DNA of 35,976 nt, from positions 1-35,976 of the forward strand of contig JAURNF010000012.1 of assembly GCA_030830285.1 (NCBI GenBank). Direction: 5' to 3'. Source of the stretch: Candidatus Kapaibacterium sp. Its GTDB lineage: Bacteria; Bacteroidota; Ignavibacteria; Kapaibacteriales; Kapaibacteriaceae. Each line of letters begins with the position of its first letter. Positions within the stretch are counted from its first letter, which is position 1. The translations under genes and the position numbers were made by a program. Positions 8,841 to 17,469 of the stretch are shown piece after piece. Under the pieces are notes generated by a model. That model did no database searches and was not told where the DNA came from. It worked only from the letters and a program-made list of their open reading frames with translations.

Positions 8841-9823
8841 GTAGTGTGTTGAAGGAGTTCAAGAATCTGCACGGCATTGGTTGCCGCGCCCTTTCGAAGG
8901 TTATCGGCGACGATCCACATCAGCAGACCGTTCTCGACGCTATCATCACGACGAATTCGTCCGACGTATACGGGATCGGTTCCATCAGCTTCTGCGGGTG
9001 TTGGGTAGACGCCGTTCTGCGGCTCATCACGCACAACAACGCCGGGTGACGATGCGAGCAGTGCACGTGCGTCATCGGGAGTGCACGGCTGATCGGTTTC
9101 AATCGCGATCGATTCGCCGTGTCCACCCACAACAGGCACGCGGACACATGTCACTGCCATGCGCAGCGAAGGCATGTGAAGAATGCGACGTGTTTCGCGA
9201 ATCATCTTCTGTTCCTCTTCCGAGGATTCGTCGATGGCGTTGATTGTATGGAACACGGTGTTCCCTGCCAGACGATGCTGCGTGATCCGACGCTCCGGTT
9301 CACGTCCCGCAAGTTCGGCCGTTAGCTGGTCTATCCCCTGCTGTCCAGCCCCACTTGGCGATTGGTACGTGCTTACAACAAGACGTCGGCAACCCCATCG
9401 TTGAATGATTGGCTGCAAGGCAACGACAAGCTCGATCGTACTGCAATTGGGGTTCGCGATGATCCCGTTGTGCGTGTATGCGTCGGCGGGGTTCACCTCC
9501 GGCACCACAAGCGGAACATCTGGATGCATCCGCCACGCACTTGAGTTGTCGATCACGATACAGCCCGCGGCTGCAGCTATAGGAGCGAACTGCGTGCTGA
9601 GCGTGCCGCCGCAACTGAACAGCGCAACATCGATACCAGCGAAACTGTCGGCACGGAGTTCCTGTACTGTGAGCATCTCGCCACGAAATGGCAACTGTGT
9701 GCCAACGCTGCGCGCAGACGCAAGGAGCGTGAGCGACGAGATGGGGGTCGCGCGCTCTTCAAGCACGCGAAGCATGGTGCGGCCGACAAGACCTGTGGCA
9801 CCGACAATGGCAACATTTATCAC
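8837..9823 (-). CDS. asd: Aspartate-semialdehyde dehydrogenase
   Basis: VAIVGATGLVG, IDNSSAWRM..VPLVVPEVN, IANPNCST (catalytic Cys), TYQS.SGAG, CVRVPV.GH.E and ADNLRKGAATNAVQI. GTG start. Confidence 0.96.
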   Translation of the reverse strand: MINVAIVGATGLVGRTMLRVLEERATPISSLTLLASARSVGTQLPFRGEMLTVQELRADSFAGIDVALFSCGGTLSTQFAPIAAAAGCIVIDNSSAWRMHPDVPLVVPEVNPADAYTHNGIIANPNCSTIELVVALQPIIQRWGCRRLVVSTYQSPSGAGQQGIDQLTAELAGREPERRITQHRLAGNTVFHTINAIDESSEEEQKMIRETRRILHMPSLRMAVTCVRVPVVGGHGESIAIETDQPCTPDDARALLASSPGVVVRDEPQNGVYPTPAEADGTDPVYVGRIRRDDSVENGLLMWIVADNLRKGAATNAVQILELLQHTT

Positions 9824-9826
9824 GTG

Positions 9827-9834
9827 CGAAAATA
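9827..9834 (-). promoter_or_regulatory. -7 promoter box variant TATTTTCG for asd
   Basis: TAnnTTYG ending 3 nt before GTG 9823. Confidence 0.65.
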
Positions 9835-9844
9835 CGTCGCATCA

Positions 9845-9852
9845 TACATTTG
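9845..9852 (+). promoter_or_regulatory. -7 promoter box TACATTTG for the PAP2 gene
   Basis: Exact TAnnTTTG ending 5 nt before ATG 9858. Confidence 0.7.
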
Positions 9853-9857
9853 CGTGC

Positions 9858-10577
9858 ATGAAGACACTTCTCCTTAGCATCTGCATTCTGGCCAGCGTTA
9901 GCATGTCTGCGCAATCGATCGACCCATTCAGCTGGGAGGGTCGGATTGGGTACGACCTCAACAAGATTGAATCGACCAAGAATTCATCGCGCTTTGTGTC
10001 GGATGCAGCACAGCCGATCTACATCGCCATCCCTTCTGCGATGTACGTCTACGGCGTAGCAGCATCACTTATCGATGCACCATCTGCGGATAAGCGATAC
10101 ATGGCAGAAACGGGTCTGCAGCAGTTCATCTCGCTGGGCATCACATATGGCGCTGTGCTCGGACTCAAGATGGCGATCGACCGGGAGCGTCCGTATCAGA
10201 AGTATGCCGGGATGATCGAGAACGGCGAAGAAGGAAACGACAAGTACTTCTCCTCCATGCCATCGGGTCACGCCGCCGGCGCAGCAGCGTTCGCAACAAC
10301 CATGAGTTTGCGCTATCCACAGTGGTACGTCATCGTTCCCACTGTTGGCTGGGCGCTCTGGACTGGTTACGCGCGCATGAATCTTGGTGTGCACTTCCTC
10401 ACCGATATCTTGGCGGGCTATGCACTCGGTGCAGGTATTGCCTACGGCGTACACCTGCTCAGCAGCCAGATCTTCAATCTTGCCGATCCAATCCTGCCGG
10501 CGTCCGGCTCAAACACAGCACTTGGTCTGAGCGGCACGCCCTACACGCCAATCTTCAGTTTCACGACGACCTTCTGA
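9858..10577 (+). CDS. PAP2 superfamily phosphatase with signal peptide
   Basis: C1 K-x6-RP (KMAIDRERP), C2 PSGH and C3 ARMNLGVHFLTD. N-terminal MKTLLLSICILASVSMSA. The ORF-track extension to 9405 is antisense to asd. Confidence 0.9.
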   Translation: MKTLLLSICILASVSMSAQSIDPFSWEGRIGYDLNKIESTKNSSRFVSDAAQPIYIAIPSAMYVYGVAASLIDAPSADKRYMAETGLQQFISLGITYGAVLGLKMAIDRERPYQKYAGMIENGEEGNDKYFSSMPSGHAAGAAAFATTMSLRYPQWYVIVPTVGWALWTGYARMNLGVHFLTDILAGYALGAGIAYGVHLLSSQIFNLADPILPASGSNTALGLSGTPYTPIFSFTTTF

Positions 10578-11365
10578 TGCGCGTCGCCTGCGTTCAGTTC
10601 GCACCCGTGTTTGGCAACCTTGATGCCAACACCGAGATCATCGTCAACCACATTGATCAGATCGATGCCGACGTTATCGTGTTCCCTGAACTCGCAACGA
10701 GCGGGTACTTTCACCTGGGACATGACGAGGTAACACGCATTGCCGAACCGCTCGCTGGACCAACAACGCAGCGAGTAATTGACGCAGCAACTCGCAGCGG
10801 CAAGGTCGTTGTCTGCGGCTTTGCCGAACGCGATGGCGAGATGATGTACAACGCAGCACTCATCGCAGGTAAGGGCATCGCACAACCGCGCGTGTATCGC
10901 AAGACGCATCTCTTCTACAAGGAAACCCTCGGGTTTACCCCCGGCAACAGTGGGTTCTTCACCGTCTACATCGAGCATCTCGACTGTACCATCGGCACCA
11001 TGATCTGCTACGATTGGCGCTTTCCGGAGAGCGCACGCGCGCTCGCCCTGCAGGGTGCCGACCTCATCGTATGTCCATCGAACCTCGTCACGCACATCTG
11101 GCGCATGGCCATGCCTGTGCGCGCATTCGAAAACAAGGTCTACCTGGCTGTTGCCAATCGCACTGGGGCTGAACACAACGCAGGCGAGGACGTAGCATTC
11201 AACGGACAATCCGCGATCTATGGGTACAACGGCAGCGTGCTGGCCGATGCCCCTGCCGAGGGCGATGCAATCGTGATTGCCGAACTCCATCCCGAGCAAA
11301 CACGGGATAAGGCGTTCAACAGCATCAACGACATCTTCAAGGATCGGCGCGAGGACATGTACTAA
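10577..11365 (+). CDS. Carbon-nitrogen hydrolase (nitrilase superfamily, PH0642-like)
   Basis: E-K-C triad: VFPELATSGY, YRKTHLFYKE and MICYDWRFPE. TGATG coupling to the PAP2 stop. Confidence 0.92.
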   Translation: MRVACVQFAPVFGNLDANTEIIVNHIDQIDADVIVFPELATSGYFHLGHDEVTRIAEPLAGPTTQRVIDAATRSGKVVVCGFAERDGEMMYNAALIAGKGIAQPRVYRKTHLFYKETLGFTPGNSGFFTVYIEHLDCTIGTMICYDWRFPESARALALQGADLIVCPSNLVTHIWRMAMPVRAFENKVYLAVANRTGAEHNAGEDVAFNGQSAIYGYNGSVLADAPAEGDAIVIAELHPEQTRDKAFNSINDIFKDRREDMY

Positions 11366-11379
11366 CATTGTTAGTACAT
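11357..11379. promoter_or_regulatory. Perfect 23-bp palindrome, probable TA autoregulatory operator
   Basis: ATGTACTAACA-T-TGTTAGTACAT (11-bp arms, 1-nt spacer). Overlaps the TACATTTG -7 box at 11375-11382 upstream of the antitoxin. Confidence 0.75.
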
Positions 11380-11413
11380 TTGCAGTCTCGTTCACCTTGT
11401 CACGTTTCGCACC

Positions 11414-11647
11414 ATGAAAACCACCTTACGTAGGATCGGCAACAGCCGCGGTGTGCTCATTCCAGCATCATTCCTCAAAGAGTGCAACATGACCGACACG
11501 GTCGAGATTGATATCGTCGATAATCGGATTGTGATTACTGCAGTTTCGGCACCACGGCAGGGATGGTTCCCGACTGCGGTGAACGACGCATCGGAGCTCG
11601 AGAGCATCCGCATTGACGACGACGCACCTGAGTGGGAGTGGGAATGA
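11414..11647 (+). CDS. mazE: AbrB/MazE/SpoVT family antitoxin
   Basis: MKTTLRRIGNSRGVLIP swapped-hairpin N-terminus, PRQGW motif and acidic tail ending EWEWE. ATGA overlap with the toxin. Confidence 0.9.
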   Translation: MKTTLRRIGNSRGVLIPASFLKECNMTDTVEIDIVDNRIVITAVSAPRQGWFPTAVNDASELESIRIDDDAPEWEWE

Positions 11648-11970
11648 GGAATGCCACTCCATCGCTGCAACGAGGCGAAGTGTGGTGGGTCAACCTCGAT
11701 CCAACCATTGGCACAGAGATCTGTAAGTCACGTCCAGCTGTCATCATCTCGCCAGGCGACATGAATGCGGCGCTGCCGCGTGTGATTATCGCTCCACTCA
11801 CGTCAAAATCTCACCCACTTGGGTGTCGACCCCAAGTGACGTTTAAGCGGAAGCGAGGGTTGATTCTTCTCGACCAACTGCGTGCTATTGACAAACAGCG
11901 GCTCATTCGCCCTATGGGTATGATCTCCGAGGAGCTATGGCTTCCTGTGCTTTTGGAGATGCTGAGTTAG
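11644..11970 (+). CDS. mazF: PemK/MazF family endoribonuclease toxin
   Basis: RGEVWWVNLDPTIGTEI.KSRPAVIIS, IIAPLTS and DQLRAIDKQRL. Start at ATG 11644 overlapping the antitoxin stop. Confidence 0.93.
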   Translation: MRNATPSLQRGEVWWVNLDPTIGTEICKSRPAVIISPGDMNAALPRVIIAPLTSKSHPLGCRPQVTFKRKRGLILLDQLRAIDKQRLIRPMGMISEELWLPVLLEMLS

Positions 11971-11981
11971 CATCGCTACCG

Positions 11982-11989
11982 TAACTTCG
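11982..11989 (+). promoter_or_regulatory. -7 promoter box variant TAACTTCG for murC
   Basis: TAnnTTYG ending 3 nt before ATG 11993. Confidence 0.65.
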
Positions 11990-11992
11990 CTC

Positions 11993-13363
11993 ATGGTTTT
12001 TTCTTCTGTACGGCACATTCACTTCGTCGGTATCGGCGGCATTGGCATGAGCGGCATCGCCGAGATCCTGCTTTCGCAGGGCTTTAGCGTTAGCGGCTCG
12101 GACCTCCACCGTACAGAGGTCACAGACCATTTGGCTTCGTTGGGCGCTCGCATTTGTGTTGGACATAGCGCCGATCACCTTGGTGATGCAGAAGTGGTTG
12201 TGTATTCCAGTGCCGTTCGCCCTGACGCCAACCCAGAGACGCGTGCCGCGCTCGACCGGAAGATCCCGATCATTCGTCGTGCAGAAATGCTCAGCGAAGT
12301 GTCGCGCCTGAAGTACTGTCTGGCCATTGCGGGCACGCACGGCAAGACCACCACAACATCCATGTGTGGACTCGTGATGATGAAGGCAGGGATGGACCCA
12401 ACGGTCATCGTCGGCGGCAAGCTCAAAGGGTTAGGGGGCTCCAATGCTCGCCTTGGTCACGGTGATTGGATCGTGCTCGAGGCAGATGAGTACGATAGAT
12501 CCTTCTTGCAGCTTCTACCCACGATCGCCATCATCACCAACGTCGAAGCAGACCACCTCGATATCTACAGCGATCTCGACGACATCAAAGAAGCGTTCTG
12601 CGAATTCACAAACAAGGTACCGTTCTACGGTACGGCCTGCGTCTGTATCGACGACGAAGGCGTTCGTGATATCCTTCCGTCGATCTCACGCGTGGTCATG
12701 ACCTTTGGCACATCGGACGATGCGACGGTACGTGCCACCAACATCGTCTACACGCAGCGCAATACGACCTTCACGCTCACAGTCAATGGTGTCGATCGCG
12801 GCGAGATCATGCTGCATGTTCCGGGCGAGCACAACGTGCGCAATGCTCTGGCGGCCTGCGCGATGGCGCTTCGCTGCGGGATTGCGTTCGAGAAGATTCG
12901 CGACGGACTTGCAGACTTTGGCGGCGTCTACCGTCGTTTCGAGCTGCGTGGCGAGCGCAACGGCGTGCTTGTCATCGATGATTATGCGCATCACCCAACG
13001 GAGATTCGCGCGACCATCGACGCAGCGCGCAACGGCTGGCCGGGACGTCGAGTGGTGGCGGTGTTCCAACCCCATACGTACACACGAACGCGTGACTTCG
13101 TTGACGAGTTTGCCAGTGCCTGTGCCGAGGCCGATGTCGTCGTCCTCACCGATGTCTACGCAGCGCGCGAACAGCCAATCCCAGGCATCACGGGAGAGCT
13201 TCTCGCCACGGCTGCACGCGCTCTTGGACATTCCAGCGTGCACTATGTACCCAACGTCGTGGATGTCGCCGGACAGATTTCGGGCATGCTCCAACCGGGC
13301 GACGTCGTCCTGACCATGGGGGCTGGCGATATTCACAAAGTGGCCACCGCCCTCGTCGATTAG
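11993..13363 (+). CDS. murC: UDP-N-acetylmuramate--L-alanine ligase
   Basis: HFVGIGGIGMSGIA, AGTHGKTTTT, EADEYDRSFL, TNVEADHLD, DDYAHHPTEI and FQPHTYTRT. Confidence 0.98.
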   Translation: MVFSSVRHIHFVGIGGIGMSGIAEILLSQGFSVSGSDLHRTEVTDHLASLGARICVGHSADHLGDAEVVVYSSAVRPDANPETRAALDRKIPIIRRAEMLSEVSRLKYCLAIAGTHGKTTTTSMCGLVMMKAGMDPTVIVGGKLKGLGGSNARLGHGDWIVLEADEYDRSFLQLLPTIAIITNVEADHLDIYSDLDDIKEAFCEFTNKVPFYGTACVCIDDEGVRDILPSISRVVMTFGTSDDATVRATNIVYTQRNTTFTLTVNGVDRGEIMLHVPGEHNVRNALAACAMALRCGIAFEKIRDGLADFGGVYRRFELRGERNGVLVIDDYAHHPTEIRATIDAARNGWPGRRVVAVFQPHTYTRTRDFVDEFASACAEADVVVLTDVYAAREQPIPGITGELLATAARALGHSSVHYVPNVVDVAGQISGMLQPGDVVLTMGAGDIHKVATALVD

Positions 13364-13397
13364 CCACCGTCTGGGCGTGCGCTAAGCCTGCCCTAAC

Positions 13398-13405
13398 TAA
13401 ATTTG
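13398..13405 (+). promoter_or_regulatory. -7 promoter box TAAATTTG for the PPIase genes (leadered)
   Basis: Exact TAnnTTTG in the murC-PPIase gap, 56 nt before ATG 13462. Confidence 0.55.
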
Positions 13406-13461
13406 CCGTTCGGGCGTCTTGGACGTCTGCTTTCCATCACTTCTAGATCGTGCAACATTTC

Positions 13462-15594
13462 ATGACGAAGTCTGCCATGACGACGATTCGTGTAGCAACG
13501 CTCGTGTTGAGCGTCCTTGTTCTTACCTCTGGCGCATCTGCGCAGAAGGCGAAGAAGAATGCCTCGCGTGTAATCGCCCCCTCAACAGTACTCGCCACCG
13601 TCGGCTCCGAGAATGTTACCCTCGGCGATGTAGAACGTGCGTTTCAGAAGAACCTCACACGTCGCGAGACACCGTTCGCGTCGGTACCCCGCGATACAGC
13701 GATGGAATTCTTACGTCTGTACACGAACTACCGCTTGAAGGTAGCAGATGCGAAGGATCGCGGCATTCACAAGGATTCAGCCGTCAAGGTCGATCTCGCA
13801 AACAACCGTCGGTTGCTTTCTGAGACATTCTTCTACGACAAAGCTGTCGTTGACAAGCGCGTTGAGCTGCTCGCACAGCGCCGCCTAAAGGAACTCAAGA
13901 TTGGCATCATTCTCTCGGCGATTCCTGATCACGCAACACGTCAGTGGGATACCACTGGCAGCCGCCTCAAGGCAGAGCGCTTTATCGCTGCCTTGAATGC
14001 AGGCGCAGACTTCGAGAAACTTGCGCGCGATTCGTCGGACGACAAGGAAACCGCTAAGGATGGCGGCATGCTTCCATGGATTTCTGGCGGAACCATCATC
14101 AAGGCCGTTGAAGACGAAGCATACGCGCTCAAGCCAGGTCAGGCATCACCAAAGCCAGTGACTTCACGCTTTGGCTACTTCATCGTAAAGGTTCTGCGTG
14201 AAGAGCCACGTGAGCAGGTGAAGTTCCGACACATCCTGCTTCAAGCAAAGGACGGACGTGACAGCGTTGCAACGGATGCGCTTGCAGATTCGCTGCTGCA
14301 GATCCTTGCGCTGAAGCCAGCACAACAACAAGCTGCACTCAATGCGCGACGAGTCACAAGCACGGGCGATGTGTTCGCAGATCTCGCACAGGCATACTCA
14401 GACGACAAGGCATCAGCTGCAAAGGGTGGCTTCTTGGGTAGCACGTATTCGCGCTCAGGGGGCATGGAAGCAAACGGACAGCGACTCGTGCCTGCGTTCG
14501 AAGAAGCGATCTTCCAACTCAAGGATGGACAGATCTCGGGCAAGGTCAAGACGCTCTTTGGAACACACATCATCGTGCACGACTCTACAAAGCGCGCAGA
14601 TGCAAGCGTTGAGCGCGATGCTGCAAAGCGCACGTACCGTCGACTGTACTTCGAAGAAGACAAGCGCATGGTGCTCGACTCGGTAAAGAACGCCCTTGGA
14701 TATCGCTGGGTGCCTGAGGCGCTTGCCATGTTCCTCGAAGCGATCGACTCAACGAAGAACACGCAAGACACAACATGGGCACGGAAGGTCACACCGTTTA
14801 TGTCTGACAAGGTGATCTACACCATGCCACGCGGTCCAATTACGATCGGACAGTTCACCGACTCACTGCGTCTGCGCATCGACATGCGTGGATTCACGTT
14901 GAATCGTGCTGGACTCGATCGTGCCATCAACAAGATTGGCGACCCGCTTGCACTCGAGCAAGCAACGAAGGATCTCGAAGTTCGCTATCCAGACTTTGCA
15001 TCGCTGATGCAAGAGTTCAACGACGGGATTCTTCTCTTCAAGGTCGAAGAGAAGGAAGTGTGGAGCAAGCTGCGTTTCGACACAGTGGATGCACGTGCGT
15101 TCTACGACACAACGCGTGCACGTTGGATGACCGAAGCAAAGGTCAATCTCACGGAGTGTTATCTCCTGAACGACTCGTTGGCAAAGGCAATTGCCGAGCG
15201 CGCACGCAAGGGCGAGAATCTTGCAACGCTTGCTGCAGAGTACACACAGCGCGAGGGCGCACGTGATCGTAAGGGCTCATTACTCGCGCAATCACCGAAG
15301 TCATCGAAGCTTGCACAAAGGGTTACTGCAACAACCAAGGTTGGCGACATCATTGGTCCATTCCCAAGTGATGCCGGTTGGAGTGTCATTCGATACGACG
15401 GTCCGGTAGCACCGCAGCAGAAGTCGTTCGACGACGCGCTGACAGAGCTTGCGCCTGCATACCAAGACGCACTCCAGAAGCGTCTCACCGAAGCATGGTT
15501 GTCGGGCGTGCGTGTCAAGCACCCAGTTGTGTACAACACAAAGACAATCGACGGCATCTGGACGGCATCGAAGACATCACGTTCGAAGAACTAA
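13462..15594 (+). CDS. Multi-domain parvulin/PpiC-type peptidyl-prolyl isomerase (SurA/PrsA-like)
   Basis: Signal peptide and three parvulin-like repeats (FEKLARDSSDD..GGML..SRFGYFIVKV; RHILL..FADLAQAYSD..GGFLG..FEEAIF..TLFGTHII; LAAEYT..GWSVIR). Start at ATG 13462 or 13477. Confidence 0.88.
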   Translation: MTKSAMTTIRVATLVLSVLVLTSGASAQKAKKNASRVIAPSTVLATVGSENVTLGDVERAFQKNLTRRETPFASVPRDTAMEFLRLYTNYRLKVADAKDRGIHKDSAVKVDLANNRRLLSETFFYDKAVVDKRVELLAQRRLKELKIGIILSAIPDHATRQWDTTGSRLKAERFIAALNAGADFEKLARDSSDDKETAKDGGMLPWISGGTIIKAVEDEAYALKPGQASPKPVTSRFGYFIVKVLREEPREQVKFRHILLQAKDGRDSVATDALADSLLQILALKPAQQQAALNARRVTSTGDVFADLAQAYSDDKASAAKGGFLGSTYSRSGGMEANGQRLVPAFEEAIFQLKDGQISGKVKTLFGTHIIVHDSTKRADASVERDAAKRTYRRLYFEEDKRMVLDSVKNALGYRWVPEALAMFLEAIDSTKNTQDTTWARKVTPFMSDKVIYTMPRGPITIGQFTDSLRLRIDMRGFTLNRAGLDRAINKIGDPLALEQATKDLEVRYPDFASLMQEFNDGILLFKVEEKEVWSKLRFDTVDARAFYDTTRARWMTEAKVNLTECYLLNDSLAKAIAERARKGENLATLAAEYTQREGARDRKGSLLAQSPKSSKLAQRVTATTKVGDIIGPFPSDAGWSVIRYDGPVAPQQKSFDDALTELAPAYQDALQKRLTEAWLSGVRVKHPVVYNTKTIDGIWTASKTSRSKN

Positions 15595-15609
15595 CTACGT
15601 CGGCACACC

Positions 15610-16890
15610 ATGCGCACCCATCTCATCATCGTAACGATCATCCTCTTGAGCATTCTCACACTTCGTGGGCGTGCGCAGGATTCCATGGAGGGCATTGTTG
15701 CGATTGTTGGACGTGAGATTGTGCTCAAGTCAGACGTCGATGGACAGATGGAAATCATGGCGCAGCGCGATCCAAAGGTCAGCCGCAAGGATCCCGCGTT
15801 GCGTCAAGCCGTGCTTGATCAGCTCATCAACGAGCGCTTGATCATGACCAAGGCCATCGAGGACAGTGTCGAGGTGACAGAGGATGAGATCACGCAGCGC
15901 ATGGAGTATCAACTGCAATCGTTGATCCAGCAGTTTGGCTCTGAAAAGCGCATTGAAGACATGTATGGCATGAGCATGGCGCGCATCCGTCGTGAGTTTC
16001 GCGACGAGATCCGCAAGCGTCTACTTGTCGAGAAGATGCAGCAGAAGCAGTTCGCCGACATCAAGGCAACCCGTGCTGATGTTGAGGGATTTTACGAGCG
16101 GTACCGCGATTCGCTACCATCGATCCCTGAGCGTGTTGATCTCTACCACATTGTGAAGTACGTCAAGCCCTCGACTGAGAAGAACAAGGAAGCCGAAGCA
16201 CTCGCGTTACGCATCCGCGACTCAATCGTCAAGGGTGGATCATTCAGCGAGTTTGCGCGCAGGCATTCGGCCGACCCAATGAGTGCTGCCAATGGTGGCG
16301 ACTTGGGCACGGTGGAAAAGGGCAAGTTCGTTCCGTCCTTCGAAGCCGCTGCCTTCGCGCTGAGTCCGAACGAGATCTCCGCACCCGTTGAATCGCCCTT
16401 CGGATGGCATGTTATCCAGCTCATCTCGAAGACGTCGACCACTATGACTACGCGGCACATCCTTATTCGCGTCAGTCAGAGCGAAGCAGATCGCGATTCT
16501 GCCAAGGCTCAACTGTTGCGTATGAAGCAGGCTGTCGAGTTAGGCGATAGTTTCGAGAAGATCGCACGTGAGTACAGCGACGAGCGCGAGACACAAGGCT
16601 TTGGCGGTGCGATGGGTCAGATCGAACTCTCGCGTCTCCCAGAGGACATGCGCAGCGCCATCAACGCGCTCAAGGACGGCAGCGTGTCGGACCCAATGCC
16701 GTACGCAGCCGATCCAACGAAGCCTGGCTATCACATCCTGTATCGCAAGCGTCTCATCCCAGCGCACAAGCCCTCGGTGGACGACGATTACAAGCAGCTC
16801 GAGCAAATGGCATCGTTCGAGAAGAAGCAACGTCTCGAGCAGGAGTGGATCCTGAAGCTCCGCCGCGAGCTGTATTGGGAAGTGAAGTAG
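15610..16890 (+). CDS. surA: SurA-like periplasmic chaperone/PPIase
   Basis: Signal peptide, IVAIVGREIVLKSD SurA N-domain and two parvulin domains (FSEFARRHSAD..GGDLG..FVPSFE..SPFGWHVIQL; RHILI..FEKIAREYSD..GYHIL). Confidence 0.88.
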   Translation: MRTHLIIVTIILLSILTLRGRAQDSMEGIVAIVGREIVLKSDVDGQMEIMAQRDPKVSRKDPALRQAVLDQLINERLIMTKAIEDSVEVTEDEITQRMEYQLQSLIQQFGSEKRIEDMYGMSMARIRREFRDEIRKRLLVEKMQQKQFADIKATRADVEGFYERYRDSLPSIPERVDLYHIVKYVKPSTEKNKEAEALALRIRDSIVKGGSFSEFARRHSADPMSAANGGDLGTVEKGKFVPSFEAAAFALSPNEISAPVESPFGWHVIQLISKTSTTMTTRHILIRVSQSEADRDSAKAQLLRMKQAVELGDSFEKIAREYSDERETQGFGGAMGQIELSRLPEDMRSAINALKDGSVSDPMPYAADPTKPGYHILYRKRLIPAHKPSVDDDYKQLEQMASFEKKQRLEQEWILKLRRELYWEVK

Positions 16891-16906
16891 GTCCCCCCGA
16901 GCTCCG

Positions 16907-16913
16907 TATCTTG
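16907..16913 (+). promoter_or_regulatory. Degenerate -7 box TATCTTG
   Basis: GCTCCGTATCTTG-CGGC-ATG. Shares GCTCCGTATCTT with the lepA upstream region and lies 4 nt before ATG 16918. Confidence 0.5.
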
Positions 16914-16917
16914 CGGC

Positions 16918-17469
16918 ATGCAGGTTTCTTCACGCTGGTTTAAACTCTTCATTACCCTGTTCGCGCTTGGCGGTGTTGTGTGGTTTGGCACAAGCATCAC
17001 GCGGATGGTTGTTGGGTTTGATGTATTTGTCCCTGGGACGCTCGAACTGAAGACGACGCACTCGGAAGAGGTGCGTCTCCATACGATTTGGCTGTTTACC
17101 CTCTTGGGTGGGTGGACGGGTTGGGCGTTCGGCGTTGCCACAGTGGGTGGCTTGGGCACGGCAGTGATGCTACGCTCCCAGTATCGGACGCATGGCTATC
17201 TGATGATGGCCACGATCCTCTTCGCCCTCCTGATCCCTGTTCAAGCGTACGTTGCATGGCAAGACTATACGCTATGGACGCTGTTCGACCGTACGTCGGG
17301 GATGCCCCTTGCACAACCAGCAGAGATCCTGCGCGTGTTCCTGTACCGCTACACAACAACGGCTGTGAACGTGATGATTGGGATGTCGATGCTGGCTGCG
17401 CTGACTATCCTTCTTGTGATCACACTCCGTCCACTGGTTCAATCTTCTGTTTCGAACGCACGCTCATGA
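16918..17469 (+). CDS. Hypothetical integral membrane protein (about 4 TM helices)
   Basis: Four hydrophobic segments, ATGA coupling to the next gene and an upstream promoter-like box. Confidence 0.75.
   Translation: MQVSSRWFKLFITLFALGGVVWFGTSITRMVVGFDVFVPGTLELKTTHSEEVRLHTIWLFTLLGGWTGWAFGVATVGGLGTAVMLRSQYRTHGYLMMATILFALLIPVQAYVAWQDYTLWTLFDRTSGMPLAQPAEILRVFLYRYTTTAVNVMIGMSMLAALTILLVITLRPLVQSSVSNARS

Noticed and set aside
9405-9857. N-terminal extension of the PAP2 ORF to 390 aa
   Set aside because: Antisense to asd. The signal peptide and promoter box define the start at 9858.
10541-11395. 284-aa antisense ORF over the CN hydrolase, and similar shadows at 2380-3084, 12686-13336 and 33619-34188
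   Set aside because: No recognisable motifs. These are explained by the codon bias of the sense genes.
11414-11970. Link between MazF and the leaderless mRNAs (specialised-ribosome model)
   Set aside because: The leaderless pattern here is explained by promoter position, the E. coli model is contested, and nothing in the sequence ties the two together.
13411-13429. Small hairpin CGGGCGTC-ttg-GACGTCTG in the PPIase leader
   Set aside because: Only 8 bp with two G-U pairs and no riboswitch features. It may be a 5' stem-loop but the support is too weak.
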